DNA of 64,000 nucleotides from Octopus sinensis (Eukaryota), in NCBI RefSeq assembly GCF_006345805.1, contig NC_043002.1, positions 110,236,001 through 110,300,000 of the forward strand, written 5' to 3'. Shown here piece by piece: positions 63,633 to 64,000 of this stretch; positions within the stretch are counted from its first letter, which is position 1, and each line of letters starts with the position of its first letter. Both the position numbers and the translations under genes were made by a program. Under the pieces are notes generated by a model that did not search any database, was not told where the DNA came from, and saw only the letters and a program-made list of their open reading frames with translations.

Positions 63633-64000
63633 CGGAGGTGCAATGGCCCAGTGGTTAGGGCAGTGGTCTCGCGGTCATAGGATCGCGGTTTCGATTCCCA
63701 GACCGGGCGTTGTGAGTGTTTATTGAGCGAAAACACCTAAAGCTCCACGAGGCTCTGGCAGGGGATGGTGGTGATCCCTGCTGTACTTTTTCACCACAAC
63801 TTTCTCTCACTCTTACTTCCTGTTTCTGTTGTACATGATTTCAAAAGGCCGGCTTTGTCATCTCTGTGTCACGCTGAATATCCCCGAGAACTACGTTAAG
63901 GGTACACGTGTCTGTGGTAGTACTCAGCCACTTACACGTTAATTTCACGAGCAGGCTGTTCCGCTGATTCGGATCAACCGGAACCCTCATCGTCGTAACC
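63633..64000 (+). mobile_element. tRNA-derived SINE family 2 (runs off the window end)
   Basis: Family match. Confidence 0.9.

Overview
AT-rich, microsatellite-laden eukaryotic DNA, not prokaryotic. The tRNA-derived SINE families and repeat landscape strongly suggest an octopus or other coleoid cephalopod (inference). Much of the window is interspersed repeats: three tRNA-SINE families, RTE and R4/Dong-like LINEs, Penelope-like (PLE) remnants, Helitrons, mariner, hAT and piggyBac-type MITEs, and a Gypsy fragment. The only host gene I can support is on the minus strand. It has five tandemly duplicated calcium-binding EGF exons (55988-55870, 54017-53898, 44784-44665, 37282-37163, 29288-29171) and a probable 18-nt microexon (56895-56878). 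The most unusual signal is a set of hammerhead-ribozyme-like motifs inside small repeats. One family has its three hammerhead strands in a non-circularly permuted order, supported by covariation across three diverged variants. Another has a G3:C8 core swap. A third is a ~355-nt circularly permuted, TSD-flanked retrozyme-like element. All coordinates were read by eye (repeat boundaries approximate), no database search was run, and ribozyme activity is a prediction. Most ORFs in the supplied track are microsatellite or SINE artefacts.
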